Positions 1 through 9,955 of a stretch of 64,000 nt of DNA are shown here, one piece after another; positions within the stretch are counted from its first letter, which is position 1, and every line of letters begins with the position of its first letter. The notes below the pieces were generated by a model that searched no databases, was not told the DNA's origin, and saw only the letters and a list, made by a program, of their open reading frames with translations. The position numbers and the translations under genes were made by a program. The stretch is from a bacterium (GTDB lineage Bacteria; Krumholzibacteriota; Krumholzibacteriia; LZORAL124-64-63). The DNA lies in the NCBI GenBank assembly GCA_016719645.1, contig JADJYS010000001.1, positions 134,558 to 198,557 of the forward strand, in the 5' to 3' direction.

Positions 1-1160
1 AGCCCGGCGTGCCGTTCGGCGCCAACTACCGCATCATCGACTTCACGCTCAGCAACATCTGGAACTCGGGCCTGCGCCGCATCTACGTGCTGACGCAGTA
101 CAAGTCCTACTCGCTGGACAAGCACCTGCTCAAGGGCTGGCAGATCTTCAACCACGAGGCGGGGGAGTTCCTCTACGGCATCCCGCCCCAGCACCGCGTC
201 GGCGAGATGTGGTACCGCGGCACCGCGGACGCCATCTACCAGAACATCTACCTCATCGACCGCGAGCAGCCCGACTACGTGCTGATCCTCTCGGGCGACC
301 ACATCTACCGCATGGACTACTCGACGCTGATGGTCCTGCACACCCGGCGCAAGGCGCGGCTGACCCTGGCCGCGGTCGTGGTGCCGCGCAGCGAGGCCCA
401 CGAGTTCGGCATCCTGGAGGTCGACGAGCAGGGCTGGGTGGTGGGGTTCCAGGAGAAGCCGTCGGACCCCAAGACGATCCCCGGCAAGCCCGACTGGTGC
501 CTGGTCAACATGGGGGTCTACGTCTTCAACCGCGAGAGCCTGGTCAGCGAGCTGCTCAAGGACGCCGGCGACCCGAGATCGGCCCACGACTTCGGCAAGA
601 ACGTCATCCCGGCCATGGTCCGCGAGGGCGGCGTGCTGGCCTACCCCTTCCTCGACCACGAGACCGAGCAGCCCCGCTACTGGCGCGACATCGGCACCCT
701 GGACACCTACTACGCCGCCTCGATGGACCTGATCCGTCCGGTGCCGCCCTTCAGCCTCTACGACCGCGAGTGGCCCATCCGCACCTGGATGGCGCCGGCG
801 CCGCCCGCCAAGACGGTCCACAACCACTTCGACGGCACCAGCCCGCTCGGCCAGCTCATCGGCTCGATCGTCGGCGGCGGCACCATCATCTCCGGCGGCA
901 CCGCCGAGCGCTCGATCCTGGGCCGCAACGTCTACCTCGACGCCGGCTGCCACGTGGTCGACTCGGTGATCATGGACAACGCGCGCATCGGCAAGCGCGC
1001 GGCGGTCCACCGCGCCATCGTCGACAAGGGCGCCGAGATCCCCGACGGCATGCACATCGGCTGGGACCGCGAGGCCGACCACCGCCTGTTCAAGGTGACC
1101 GAGGCCGGGGTCGTCGTGGTGCCGAAGGACTGGCGGGCCGGCGTCGCGGCCACGGCCTAG
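1..1160 (+). CDS. glgC: glucose-1-phosphate adenylyltransferase (5' end truncated by window edge)
   Basis: ORF 9..1160 translation matches the GlgC family throughout (NYRIIDF, GTADAIYQN, ADP-glucose pyrophosphorylase C-terminal beta-helix). The frame is open to position 1. Confidence 0.9.
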   Translation, partial: PGVPFGANYRIIDFTLSNIWNSGLRRIYVLTQYKSYSLDKHLLKGWQIFNHEAGEFLYGIPPQHRVGEMWYRGTADAIYQNIYLIDREQPDYVLILSGDHIYRMDYSTLMVLHTRRKARLTLAAVVVPRSEAHEFGILEVDEQGWVVGFQEKPSDPKTIPGKPDWCLVNMGVYVFNRESLVSELLKDAGDPRSAHDFGKNVIPAMVREGGVLAYPFLDHETEQPRYWRDIGTLDTYYAASMDLIRPVPPFSLYDREWPIRTWMAPAPPAKTVHNHFDGTSPLGQLIGSIVGGGTIISGGTAERSILGRNVYLDAGCHVVDSVIMDNARIGKRAAVHRAIVDKGAEIPDGMHIGWDREADHRLFKVTEAGVVVVPKDWRAGVAATA

Positions 1161-1951
1161 CCGTCCGCGTACTGGTCCGGCCGGCGGTCCTCCCACAGGT
1201 CGTTGCGCGGCGTCAGGCGCGGGTCGGCGTGCGCGAGGTCGATCGCGGCCGCGGCGGCGCCCGTCGCGGCGCCGTCCAGGCGCGCCAGCGGCGCCCCGCG
1301 CGGCCCGCAGACCTGGCTGCGGCCGATGAAGTCGAGACGCCGCCCGGCGATCCGCTCCTCCCGACCCACCCGGTTCGCCGTCACCGCGAAGCAGCGGTTC
1401 TCCAGGCAGCGCGTCACCATGGCGTCGGGGCAGTGGGGCAGCACCAGGTTGCTGGGGTGGGCGAGCAGCTTCGCGCCGCGCCGCGCCAGGCTGCGGGCCG
1501 CCTCCGGGAAGATCCAGTCGAAGCAGATCATCATGCCCACCGCCGTGCCGCAGGCCGCGAAGACCGGGAAGCCGAGGTCGCCCGGCTCGAAGACGAGCTT
1601 CTCGTCCCAGAACAGGTGGACTTTGCGGTAGAGCGCCGTCGTGCCGTCGGGCCGCACCAGCAGGCTGCTGTTGAAGAGCCGGTCGCCGTCCCGTTCGGCG
1701 AAGCCGGCCACCAGGGTGGTGCCGGTGGCCGCGGCGGCGGCGGCCAGGCGTTGCGAGGTCGGGCCGTCCGCCGGCTCGGCCAGCTCCCGCAGTTCCCCGC
1801 GGTCGCGGAACTGGTAGCCGGTCGTGCACAGCTCGGGCAGGACCGCCAGGTCGAGCCCGGGCGGCACCAGCGCCAGGGCGGCCTCGAGGTTGCGGACCGT
1901 CTCGCCGAACACCGGCGAGGTCTGGATCGCGGCCACGCGCAGTTCGCTCAC
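1157..1951 (-). CDS. carbon-nitrogen hydrolase (nitrilase superfamily)
   Basis: C-terminal 264 aa of ORF 1157..3205(-) is a CN-hydrolase (LRVAAIQ..., E-K-C triad context, MICFD). GTG start at 1951. The upstream part of that ORF is wrong-frame junk. Confidence 0.8.
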   Translation of the reverse strand: MSELRVAAIQTSPVFGETVRNLEAALALVPPGLDLAVLPELCTTGYQFRDRGELRELAEPADGPTSQRLAAAAAATGTTLVAGFAERDGDRLFNSSLLVRPDGTTALYRKVHLFWDEKLVFEPGDLGFPVFAACGTAVGMMICFDWIFPEAARSLARRGAKLLAHPSNLVLPHCPDAMVTRCLENRCFAVTANRVGREERIAGRRLDFIGRSQVCGPRGAPLARLDGAATGAAAAAIDLAHADPRLTPRNDLWEDRRPDQYADG

Positions 1952-3056
1952 GTCGCCTCCCTGAGCCGCGGCGCGGGCCGCAGCAGGTCCTCGAGCCGCG
2001 ACAGCATGGCGGCCCGGTCGAAGTCGGTCCGGATGTGGGCGGCGGCCGCCGCTCCCAGGCGGCGGCGCAGGCCGGGGTCGCCCAGCAGCCTCAGGATCGC
2101 GGCGGCCAGGGCCGCCGCGTCGTCCGGGGGCACCAGCAGGCCCGTCTGCCCGTCGAGCACCACCTCGGGCAGCGAACTGACGCGCGTCGCGACCACGGGC
2201 CGGCCGCACGCGCCCGCCTCGGCGGCGGCGAGCCCGAAGCCTTCGTACCGCGAGGGGGCCGCCAGCAGCGCCAGCGAACCGTGGAACGCCGGCATGTCCC
2301 GGACCCAACCCGCCAGTTCGACGCTGCCCGGGTCCCGCAGCCCGGCGCGCCAGGTCGCGAGCGCCGGCCGCAGGGGGCCCTCGCCGGCGAGGCGCAGCAG
2401 CGGCGGTTCGCCGGCCCAGGCCTCGAGCACCCGGGTCCAGGCCGCCATCAGCAGCGGCACGCCCTTGCGCTCGTCCAGGCTGCCCGCGAAGCCCACCACC
2501 GGACGCCCCGGCGGCTCCGGCCGCTCCGGAAGCGCCCGCCGTCGATGCCCTTGTAGAGCAGGTGGACCCGTTCCGGCAGCAGCCACGGCGCGCTGTCGAG
2601 CGTGGTGCGCAGCGTGGCGCGCGAATTGACCAGCACCCCGGAGGCCACCCGGCTGTAGTACCAGCGGTAATAAGGCCGCGGGCGCAGGGGGTGGTCGCTC
2701 TCGCGGCTCTTGAGCACGACCTCGATGCCGGCCAGGCGGGCCGCAACGCCCGCAGCCTTGAGGTCCTTGAGCCGGTTGCAGAGCACGGCGGTCGTGCCGT
2801 GGCGCCGCAGCAGGCGCAGCAGGCGCGCCTGGGTCCAGGGCGCCCCGTCGCAGCGGATCGGCACGCCGGCCGATTCGAGGCCGGCCTCCTCGGCCAGGCG
2901 CAGCAGTTCCGAGCCCGGCTGGCCGACCAGCAGGACCCGGTGGCCGCGTTCCTTGAGACCCTGGGCCACGTCCAGATGCCAGAGCTCGGCGCCGCCGAGG
3001 CTCCGCATGCCGTTGACCAGGGCCAGGTTGATCCGGGGGCTCGCCGTTGTCGACAT
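1948..3056 (-). CDS. glycosyltransferase family 4 (GT-B), interrupted by an apparent 1-nt frameshift near 2515-2535
   Basis: The N-terminal GT4 domain (MSTTASPRINLALVNG...LYKGIDGGRF) lies in the frame of ORF 2448..3215. The C-terminal GT4 domain (RPVVGFAGSLDERKG...EGFGLAAAEA) lies in the frame of ORF 1948..3063. The junction falls in the GC-rich run ggagcggccggagccgcc. Confidence 0.75.
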
Positions 3057-3174
3057 CCGACACGCTCCGATGGGGGGGGCCTCATTGTCGTGGAAAATCC
3101 AAGGATGACCAGCGGGAATCGCGACCCGAGAGCCCGAGGTCGAACCGGCACGCCGCCTAGATTTGATGTATTCG

Positions 3175-3250
3175 CATAAAAATTGTTGTAATGTTGTTTT
3201 TGCATGATGTATCATCTTGAGGTGGCGGAAGCGCCACGCACTAAATCAAC
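3175..3250 (+). promoter_or_regulatory. candidate sigma70-like promoter in the AT-rich gap upstream of the secreted-protein gene (TTGTAA-18nt-TATCAT)
   Basis: An unusually AT-rich roughly 120-bp stretch in a 70% GC genome. A -35/-10-like hexamer pair is present. Confidence 0.3.
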
Positions 3251-3283
3251 CAACAAGATGGTCTGTTCCCTGGAGGGAAGTCG

Positions 3284-4200
3284 ATGATGTCCAAGAAGAT
3301 GAGCTTGCTGCTGCTGTCGCTCCTGGTGGTGGGGCTGGCCGGTTCCGCCCAGGCCACCCGCTGGGACGCCTTCAGCGCCACGGCGGATTGCGAGGGCTGG
3401 TCGATGGAGGGCTTGGTCAAGATCGGTGCCAGCCACCCCTACGTCGACGTGGAATACGCGGTCGCGGCGACCCGCGACGGCGCCGTGCTCGAGGAGCACA
3501 CCGGCACGGTCCGGCTCGAGATGGACGCCGACGCCGTCCCGATGGAGGCTTCCGGGGAATGGTCGCAGGACCTCACCGGCGACGTCACGGTGATCGGGAC
3601 CTTCTTCCTGCCCTTCGTGACCAGCGGCGACACGATCAAGACCTTCGAGCAGGTGCTGGACTGCGGCGGCGACACCCCGGTCGTGTGCGCCCACCGCCCG
3701 GCCTGGTGGAAGCGCCACTGCCACGAGTGGCCCGTCAACCAGCTGCGGATCGCCAACCACCAGCGCAGCAAGCAGGAACTGCTGTGCGTGCTGCGGATGC
3801 CCGCCCTCACCCTGCAGGTGCGTCTGGCCCGCCAGCTGATCGCCGCGAAGCTGAACGTCGCCGCCGGCGTCGAGGACACCGCCGCGGCGTCGATCGCCGC
3901 CGCCGACACCTTCCTGGCTTCGCGTCCCTGGTACAGCTGCCTGTCGCACTCCGCCCGCGCCGAGGCGCGGCGCCTGATCCACGAGCTGCGCGAGTTCAAC
4001 CGCGGCAACTGCGGCTGCGGCAACAAGGCGCTGGCCGGGGCGCAGGATCCCGACGTGGACGAGGCCGACGACGCCGAGGACGCCGACGACCTGTACGGCT
4101 GGGGCGACGTGAAGTCGATGTACCGCTGGATGCTGACCCGTCCAGGGCCGCCTTCCCTGCAGGGGGGGGCGGCCGACGTTCTGCCGGTGCGCCGGCCGGG
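3284..4200 (+). CDS. secreted Cys-rich hypothetical protein (signal peptide); 3' end uncertain because the reading frame runs into dus
   Basis: ATG with signal peptide MMSKKMSLLLLSLLVVGLAGSAQA. Coding-like codon usage runs to about 4140. The same frame then stays open to 5356 across dus in a different frame, giving R/P-rich junk. A G8 homopolymer sits at 4162-4169. Confidence 0.5.
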
Positions 4201-4271
4201 CTTTCGGACCCGGCCGGCGCGCCTATATTGGAGGTTCGTCCGCGCCCGAGCCGCCAGCCGACCGGAGCCCC

Positions 4272-5288
4272 GTGTTCGACCGCAAGCCCGTCCGCATCGA
4301 CCCCCGCACGCCCTGGTTCGCCGGGGTGCGCACCGCCCTGTCGCCCATGGCCGGGGTGACCGACCGCGCGTTCCGGGACATCTGCCGCGAGCACGGCGCG
4401 GGGATCGCCTTCTGCGAGTTCACCGCCGCCAAGGGCCTGACCTACGACATCCCCCAGGCCTGGCGGCTCGTGGACACCGAGGGGGAGCAGGGGCTGGTCG
4501 GCGTGCAGATCTTCGGCAACGAGCCCGCCGCGATGGCCGGCGCCGCCCGCCTGATGGCGAGCCGCCGGCTCGACGTGCTGGACATCAACTTCGGCTGCCC
4601 CGCCAAGAAGGTCGTGGCCAAGTGCGGGGGCAGCGCGCTGCTGGCCGACGTGCCCCTGCTGACGGAGATCGCCGCCGCGGTCGTCGCGGCCAGCCCGGCG
4701 CCGGTCAGCGCCAAGATCCGCACCGGCTGGGACGAGGCCTCGGTCAACTACCGCGAGGTGGGCCTCGCGCTGCAGGAAGCCGGCTGCGTCTGGGTCACCC
4801 TGCACGGCCGCACCCGGGCCCAGAAGTTCACCGGCGAGGCCGACTGGGAGCGCATCGCCGACCTGGTCGACACCCTCGAGATCCCGGTGATCGGCAACGG
4901 CGACGTCGTGGACGGCGACGCGTACGCCCGCATGGTGCGGACGACCCGCTGCCACGCCGTCATGGTCGGCCGGGCCGCCACCGGCGACCCCTGGCTCTTC
5001 GAGGCGATGGACGCCGCCGAGGGGCTGCGCTCCTTCGAGCCGCCGACGCTCGAGGAGATCTTCGCGACCGTCGACCGCCACGTCGTCGAGGAATGCCGCC
5101 TGAAGGGGGAGCGCGTCGGCTCCCACGTGGTACGCAAGCACGTGGTGAGGTATTTCCGGGGCTTCCCGGGGGCCGCCGCCATCCGGCGCCGCCTGTTCGC
5201 CACCGAGACCGGGGAGCAGATGCTCGCCGTCCTGGCCGAGGTGAAGCGGGAAGCGGACCCGCTGCAGCGCGTGGAGCGCGGGGACTGA
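4272..5288 (+). CDS. dus: tRNA-dihydrouridine synthase
   Basis: LSPMAGVTD, FMN-binding TIM-barrel Dus family signature, catalytic Cys region. GTG start. Confidence 0.85.
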   Translation: MFDRKPVRIDPRTPWFAGVRTALSPMAGVTDRAFRDICREHGAGIAFCEFTAAKGLTYDIPQAWRLVDTEGEQGLVGVQIFGNEPAAMAGAARLMASRRLDVLDINFGCPAKKVVAKCGGSALLADVPLLTEIAAAVVAASPAPVSAKIRTGWDEASVNYREVGLALQEAGCVWVTLHGRTRAQKFTGEADWERIADLVDTLEIPVIGNGDVVDGDAYARMVRTTRCHAVMVGRAATGDPWLFEAMDAAEGLRSFEPPTLEEIFATVDRHVVEECRLKGERVGSHVVRKHVVRYFRGFPGAAAIRRRLFATETGEQMLAVLAEVKREADPLQRVERGD

Positions 5289-5365
5289 CGCCGGCCCGGC
5301 GGGGACCGGCCTTGCGCCGGCGCCGCCGTTCTGCTAGATTCGCCCCGAGACAGTGACGGCTGTCC

Positions 5366-5398
5366 TTTTAATGCGGCCCCGCGAGGCCCAAAAGGAGG
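5366..5398 (+). promoter_or_regulatory. candidate PyrR-binding loop (pyr attenuator RNA motif) in the pyrR leader
   Basis: UUUAAUGCGGCCCCGCGAGGCCCAAAAGGAGG resembles the PyrR binding-loop consensus (UUUAA...CC.G.GAGGC...AAGGA). It lies about 90 nt upstream of pyrR. Confidence 0.5.
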
Positions 5399-5410
5399 CG
5401 GAACCGGAAC

Positions 5411-5450
5411 CAGGCAGGCACGGGTGCGTTCAGGCCCCTTGCCTTTTTTT
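5411..5450 (+). terminator. attenuator-type intrinsic terminator (GC-rich hairpin plus T7 run) in the pyrR leader
   Basis: GC-rich imperfect stem (ggcagg.../ccttgcc) followed by ttttttt at 5444-5450, immediately upstream of the pyrR RBS. Confidence 0.45.
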
Positions 5451-5483
5451 GTGTCCGGCGCCGCCCCCGGGAGGGGTGAAGAG

Positions 5484-6035
5484 ATGTCCTTCGTCGAGAA
5501 GACCACCATCATGAACGGCAGCGAGGTCGCCCGCGCGCTGACCCGCATCGCCCACGAGATCATCGAGGCCAACAAGGGGACGGCGGACCTGGTGCTGCTG
5601 GGCGTGCAGCGCCGCGGGGTGCCGCTGGCGGCGCTGATCGGCGAGGCGATCCGCAAGGTGGAGGGGGTCGAGGTCCCCCTCGGCGCCATCGACATCACCT
5701 TCTACCGCGACGACCTCTCCACGATCGGGCCGGCGCCGCGGATCAACGAGACCACCGTCCCGATGGACGTCACCGACAAGAACGTCATCCTGGTCGACGA
5801 CGTGCTGTACACCGGCCGCACGGTGCGCGCCGCCCTCGACGTGATCATGGACTGGGGCCGCCCGCGCGCGATCCGCCTGGCGGTGCTCATCGACCGCGGG
5901 CACCGCGAGCTGCCCATCCGCCCGGACTTCGTCGGCAAGAACGTCCCCACCTCCCACAAGGAGATCATCAAGGTCAAGGTGAAGGAGTACGACGACCGCC
6001 AGGAAGTGGTCGTCGGGGAGGTGCAGGAGGGATGA
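5484..6035 (+). CDS. pyrR: bifunctional pyr operon attenuation regulator / uracil phosphoribosyltransferase PyrR
   Basis: [12 protein letters not shown]...[13 protein letters not shown]...[13 protein letters not shown] (PRTase fold, PyrR family). RBS gggagggg upstream. ATGA overlap with pyrB. Confidence 0.9.
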   Translation: MSFVEKTTIMNGSEVARALTRIAHEIIEANKGTADLVLLGVQRRGVPLAALIGEAIRKVEGVEVPLGAIDITFYRDDLSTIGPAPRINETTVPMDVTDKNVILVDDVLYTGRTVRAALDVIMDWGRPRAIRLAVLIDRGHRELPIRPDFVGKNVPTSHKEIIKVKVKEYDDRQEVVVGEVQEG

Positions 6036-7000
6036 GCCTGCGCAGCAAGGACCTGATCGGGCTGGAGGAGCTGTCGCGCGAGGAGATCCTGACGATCCTC
6101 GAGGCCGCCGAAGCCTTCCGGACGATCTTCGACCGGCCGATCCGCAAGGTGCCCATCATGCGCGGCCGGACGGTCGTGAACTTCTTCGTCGAGCCCAGCA
6201 CGCGCACGCGGATCAGCTTCGAGCTGGCCGAGAAGCGGCTCTCCGCCGACATCGTCAACTTCGACGCCTCGACCTCCTCGCTCAAGAAGGGCGAGACCCT
6301 GCGCGACACCGCCGAGAACATCCAGGCGATGAAGATCGACATGATCGTCGTGCGCCACTCCTCGCCCGGCGCGGCGGCCTACCTGGGCCGCGTGCTGAAG
6401 GCCAGCGTGATCAACGCGGGCGACGGCGCGCACGAACACCCGACCCAGGGCCTGCTCGACATCATGACCATGCGGCAGCGCCTCGGCAACCTCGAGGGCC
6501 GCAAGGTCACCATCATCGGCGACATCGCGCAGTCGCGCGTCGCCCGCTCGAACATCTACGGGCTGACGAAGCTGGGGGCCGAGGTGACGGTCTGCGGGCC
6601 GCCGACCATGGTCCCGGCCGCCATCGCCCGCCTGGGCGTGAAGGTCGAGCACGACCTGCTGCGCGCGGTGGCCGACGCCGACGTGCTGAACGTGCTGCGC
6701 ATCCAGCTCGAGCGCCACAGCCAGATGGTGTTCCCGGGCAACCGGGAGTACCACCTGATGTTCGGCGTCACCGAAGAGGTGCTGCGCCACACCAAACCCG
6801 CCTGCTTCGTGATGCACCCCGGGCCGATGAACCGCGACGTGGAGATCAGCTCCGAGGTCGCCGACGGGCCGCGCCAGGTGATCCTCGAACAGGTGACCAA
6901 CGGCGTGGCCGTGCGCATGGCCGTGATCTACCTGCTGTCCGGGGGCGATCCCCGGCAGCTCGGCGGCGGCGTCCGCGCCGGCGGACGCGGGGAGGACTGA
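6032..7000 (+). CDS. pyrB: aspartate carbamoyltransferase catalytic subunit
   Basis: STRTR, HPTQ, HPGP motifs of the ATCase/OTCase family. Confidence 0.92.
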   Translation: MSLRSKDLIGLEELSREEILTILEAAEAFRTIFDRPIRKVPIMRGRTVVNFFVEPSTRTRISFELAEKRLSADIVNFDASTSSLKKGETLRDTAENIQAMKIDMIVVRHSSPGAAAYLGRVLKASVINAGDGAHEHPTQGLLDIMTMRQRLGNLEGRKVTIIGDIAQSRVARSNIYGLTKLGAEVTVCGPPTMVPAAIARLGVKVEHDLLRAVADADVLNVLRIQLERHSQMVFPGNREYHLMFGVTEEVLRHTKPACFVMHPGPMNRDVEISSEVADGPRQVILEQVTNGVAVRMAVIYLLSGGDPRQLGGGVRAGGRGED

Positions 7001-7002
7001 GC

Positions 7003-8313
7003 ATGGAGTGGAACTGGAAGCGGATCCCCGCGGAGTACCTGGTGGCGAACGTGCGCCTGTGCCGCGACGGCAGGCTGGGGGACCGGCCGGGGTTCCTGCA
7101 CGTCCAGAAGGGGCGCGTGGCCGCGCTCGGGATCGGCGCGCCGTCCCGCGAGGACCTGCCCGTCCTGGACGGCGGCGGCCTGGTCTGCGCGCCCGGGCTG
7201 GTGGACGTCCACGTGCACTTCCGCGAGCCCGGCCAGGAGGAGAAGGAGACCATCGCCACCGGCTCGCGCGCCGCGGCCGCCGGCGGCTTCACCTCCGTGG
7301 TCACCATGCCCAACACCCGCCCGCCGGTGGACGACGCGCCGATGGTGCGCTACATCCTGGACCGCGCCCAGGAGACCGGCCTCTGCCGCGTGTTCCCGAC
7401 CGCGGCGATCAGCAAGGGGCAGGAGGGCGAGACGCTGACGGAGTTCGGCGACCTGGTCAAGGCCGGCGCCGTCGGCTTCACGGACGACGGCCGGCCGGTC
7501 ATGCACGGCAAGCTCATGCAGTACGCCCTGCAGTACGCGCGGATGCTGGGCGTGCCCGTGACCTGCCACGCCGAGGACACGACCCTGGCCGGCAAGGGCG
7601 TGATGCACGCCGGCTACTGGTCCACGAAGCTGGGCCTGGCGGGCCTGCCGCGGCTGGCCGAGGACGCGATGGTGTTCCGCGACGTCGAGCTGGCCCGCGC
7701 CACCGGCGGCCACCTGCACGTCGCCCACGTCTCGACCCGGGGCACCGTCGAGATCATCCGCCGGGCGAGGGAGCAGGGGGTGAACGTCACGGCCGAGGTG
7801 ACGCCCCACCACCTGTCCCTGGACCACTCGTGCTGCCGCGACTTCTCGCCGCTGTTCAAGATGAGCCCGCCGCTGCGCGAGCAGGAGGACATCGAGGCGG
7901 TGACCCAGGGGCTCGTCGACGGCGTGCTGGACTGCATCGCCAGCGACCACGCCCCGCACACGGCGATGGAGAAGGAGCTGATGTTCGACCAGGCGCCCTT
8001 CGGCGTGGTCGGGCTGGAGACCGCGCTCGCGGTCTGCCATACTCACCTGGTCCGCACGGGCAAGCTGGACCTCGGCCAGCTCGTGGAACGGATGACCTCC
8101 CGCGCCGCGGCGACCTACGGGCTGCCCTGCGGGAAACTCGAGGAGGGCGGGGAAGCCGACTTCCTGCTCTTCGACCCGGAAGAGGAATGGACCGTGCAGC
8201 CCGAGCTGCTGAAGTCCAAGAGCAAGAACACTCCGTACGGCGGGCAGAAGCTGGCCGGGCGCGTGAAGGCGACCTTCCTGCGCGGCCGGCTGACCCACCG
8301 CGACGGGGAGTGA
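7003..8313 (+). CDS. pyrC: dihydroorotase (multifunctional-complex type)
   Basis: DVHVHFREPG, metal-binding His/Asp pattern, ASDHAPH motif. Confidence 0.9.
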   Translation: MEWNWKRIPAEYLVANVRLCRDGRLGDRPGFLHVQKGRVAALGIGAPSREDLPVLDGGGLVCAPGLVDVHVHFREPGQEEKETIATGSRAAAAGGFTSVVTMPNTRPPVDDAPMVRYILDRAQETGLCRVFPTAAISKGQEGETLTEFGDLVKAGAVGFTDDGRPVMHGKLMQYALQYARMLGVPVTCHAEDTTLAGKGVMHAGYWSTKLGLAGLPRLAEDAMVFRDVELARATGGHLHVAHVSTRGTVEIIRRAREQGVNVTAEVTPHHLSLDHSCCRDFSPLFKMSPPLREQEDIEAVTQGLVDGVLDCIASDHAPHTAMEKELMFDQAPFGVVGLETALAVCHTHLVRTGKLDLGQLVERMTSRAAATYGLPCGKLEEGGEADFLLFDPEEEWTVQPELLKSKSKNTPYGGQKLAGRVKATFLRGRLTHRDGE

Positions 8314-8362
8314 GGGACCGCGAAAGCGGGCCCGTGACGACCCCTGGGATAGGACGTCCGCG

Positions 8363-9922
8363 ATGAGGTACCGGAACCGCAACCTGGCCGCGCTCCTGCT
8401 CGCCCCGGCGCTGCTGGCCGCGGGCGCGGGCTGCGCCCGCTTCAACACCTTCTACAACGCGCGCAAGGCCTTCACGACCGCGGAGATCGTGCGCGAGGAC
8501 CGCCTCAAGCAGGGCCAGGACCCCGCCACGCCCACGCCGCAGCAGGCCCAGGAATACCAGCGGTGCGTCAAGAAGTGCCAGATCATCCTGGACGAGTACC
8601 CGGGCCACCCGCTCACCGACGACGCCCTGTTCCTGATGGCCAAGGCGTACCACCGGCTCGAGTCGCACCGCATGGCGATCACCCAGCTGAACCTGCTGAT
8701 CTCGAACTTCCCGGCCACGCCGCACCTGGAGGAAGCCCTGTACCTGCAGGCGGTGAGCCACCTGCTGGTGGGGGACGCCGCCGGCAGCGGCAGCTACCTC
8801 TCCCAGCTCGAGCAGGCCTTCCCCGAGTCCGAGTTCCAGGCCGAAGCGCTGCGCGTCGGCGGCGAGAACGCGCTGGCGCTGGAAGCCTGGGCCGACGCCC
8901 GCGACCGTTTCCGCGACTACCTCGACCTGCACGCCGGGAGGGAAGAGGCCGCGGCCGTCGGCAACAAGCTGGCCCGCTGCTTCTGGGAACTGGGCGAGTT
9001 CGAGGAGGCCCGCGCCCGGCTCGAGGCCGTCGTCGCCGTCGACGGGGACAAGGGCCAGCTGTTCGACGCGCGGCTGCTGCAGGCCCGGTGCCTGACGCGG
9101 CTGGGGCGCCACGACGAGGCCGACGGGCTGGTCTCCCAGCTGAAGGAGGAGGCCGAGCTCTACGGCAAGGACGGCGTGACGGCCCTGGCGCAGGCCGAGA
9201 TCCTGATCGCCCGGGACAAGCCCGAGGAGGCGGCCGCGCTGCTGGAGGCCCTGCCCGCGGAGTGGCGCGCCGGCGAGGTGCCGGCGCGGCTGGCCGAGAT
9301 GCTCGGGGGGATCTACCTGTCGCAGTGGAAGATCGAAGAGGCCCGCGGGCAGTACCGCGACGCCCTGCGCAACGCGAACGTGCTGCAGGACGAGGAGCGC
9401 TGCCGCCGTCTCGACGCCGAGCTCAACCGCTACCTGGCCGCCGACCAGCGGCTCGGCACCGCCGCCGAGGACCAGAAGCCCGCCCTGCGCCTGACCATGG
9501 CCAACGTCCTGCTGTTCGCGCTGGAGCGGCCGCGGCTCGCGCTGGACGCCTACCTCGAAGTGGCGGCGGCGCCGGACAGCGCCGCCGCCGTGCGCGGCCT
9601 CTACGGCGCCGCCCTGGTCTACCGCGACCACCTCGGCCTGCCGGATTCCGCGGCGGTGCACCTCGCGCGCCTGCAGGACGAGTACCCGGAGTCCCCCCAG
9701 GCCTTCGTCCTGCGCGAGGGCGAGCAGGGCGATCTCTACACCTACCTGACCGGGCTCGAGGCGCGGCGGCGCGAGATGGAACTGGCCGCCGGCACGACGC
9801 CGGATGCCGGTCCCGGCGCCGTGGAAGCGACAGGCCCGGGAGGCGAGCGGCCCGCGCCGCCGCCGGAAGCGGGAGGGCGCCGGTCGCACTGGCGCGACCG
9901 GAAACTGCAGGCGCGCGGCTGA
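8363..9922 (+). CDS. TPR-repeat lipoprotein (BamD/YbgF-like architecture, 519 aa)
   Basis: Signal peptide with lipobox LLAAGAGC, followed by multiple TPR-like helical repeats. It is embedded between pyrC and pyrK on the same strand. Confidence 0.7.
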   Translation: MRYRNRNLAALLLAPALLAAGAGCARFNTFYNARKAFTTAEIVREDRLKQGQDPATPTPQQAQEYQRCVKKCQIILDEYPGHPLTDDALFLMAKAYHRLESHRMAITQLNLLISNFPATPHLEEALYLQAVSHLLVGDAAGSGSYLSQLEQAFPESEFQAEALRVGGENALALEAWADARDRFRDYLDLHAGREEAAAVGNKLARCFWELGEFEEARARLEAVVAVDGDKGQLFDARLLQARCLTRLGRHDEADGLVSQLKEEAELYGKDGVTALAQAEILIARDKPEEAAALLEALPAEWRAGEVPARLAEMLGGIYLSQWKIEEARGQYRDALRNANVLQDEERCRRLDAELNRYLAADQRLGTAAEDQKPALRLTMANVLLFALERPRLALDAYLEVAAAPDSAAAVRGLYGAALVYRDHLGLPDSAAVHLARLQDEYPESPQAFVLREGEQGDLYTYLTGLEARRREMELAAGTTPDAGPGAVEATGPGGERPAPPPEAGGRRSHWRDRKLQARG

Positions 9923-9955
9923 GGGGAAGCCGGGCCCGGTCCAGGAGTACGCGAC

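Noticed and set aside
209-2629. 806-aa R/P/G-rich ORF on the plus strand overlapping glgC and the minus-strand genes
   Set aside because: Wrong-frame artefact of 70% GC content with low-complexity Arg/Pro/Gly composition. Real genes with strong homology occupy the other frames and strand.
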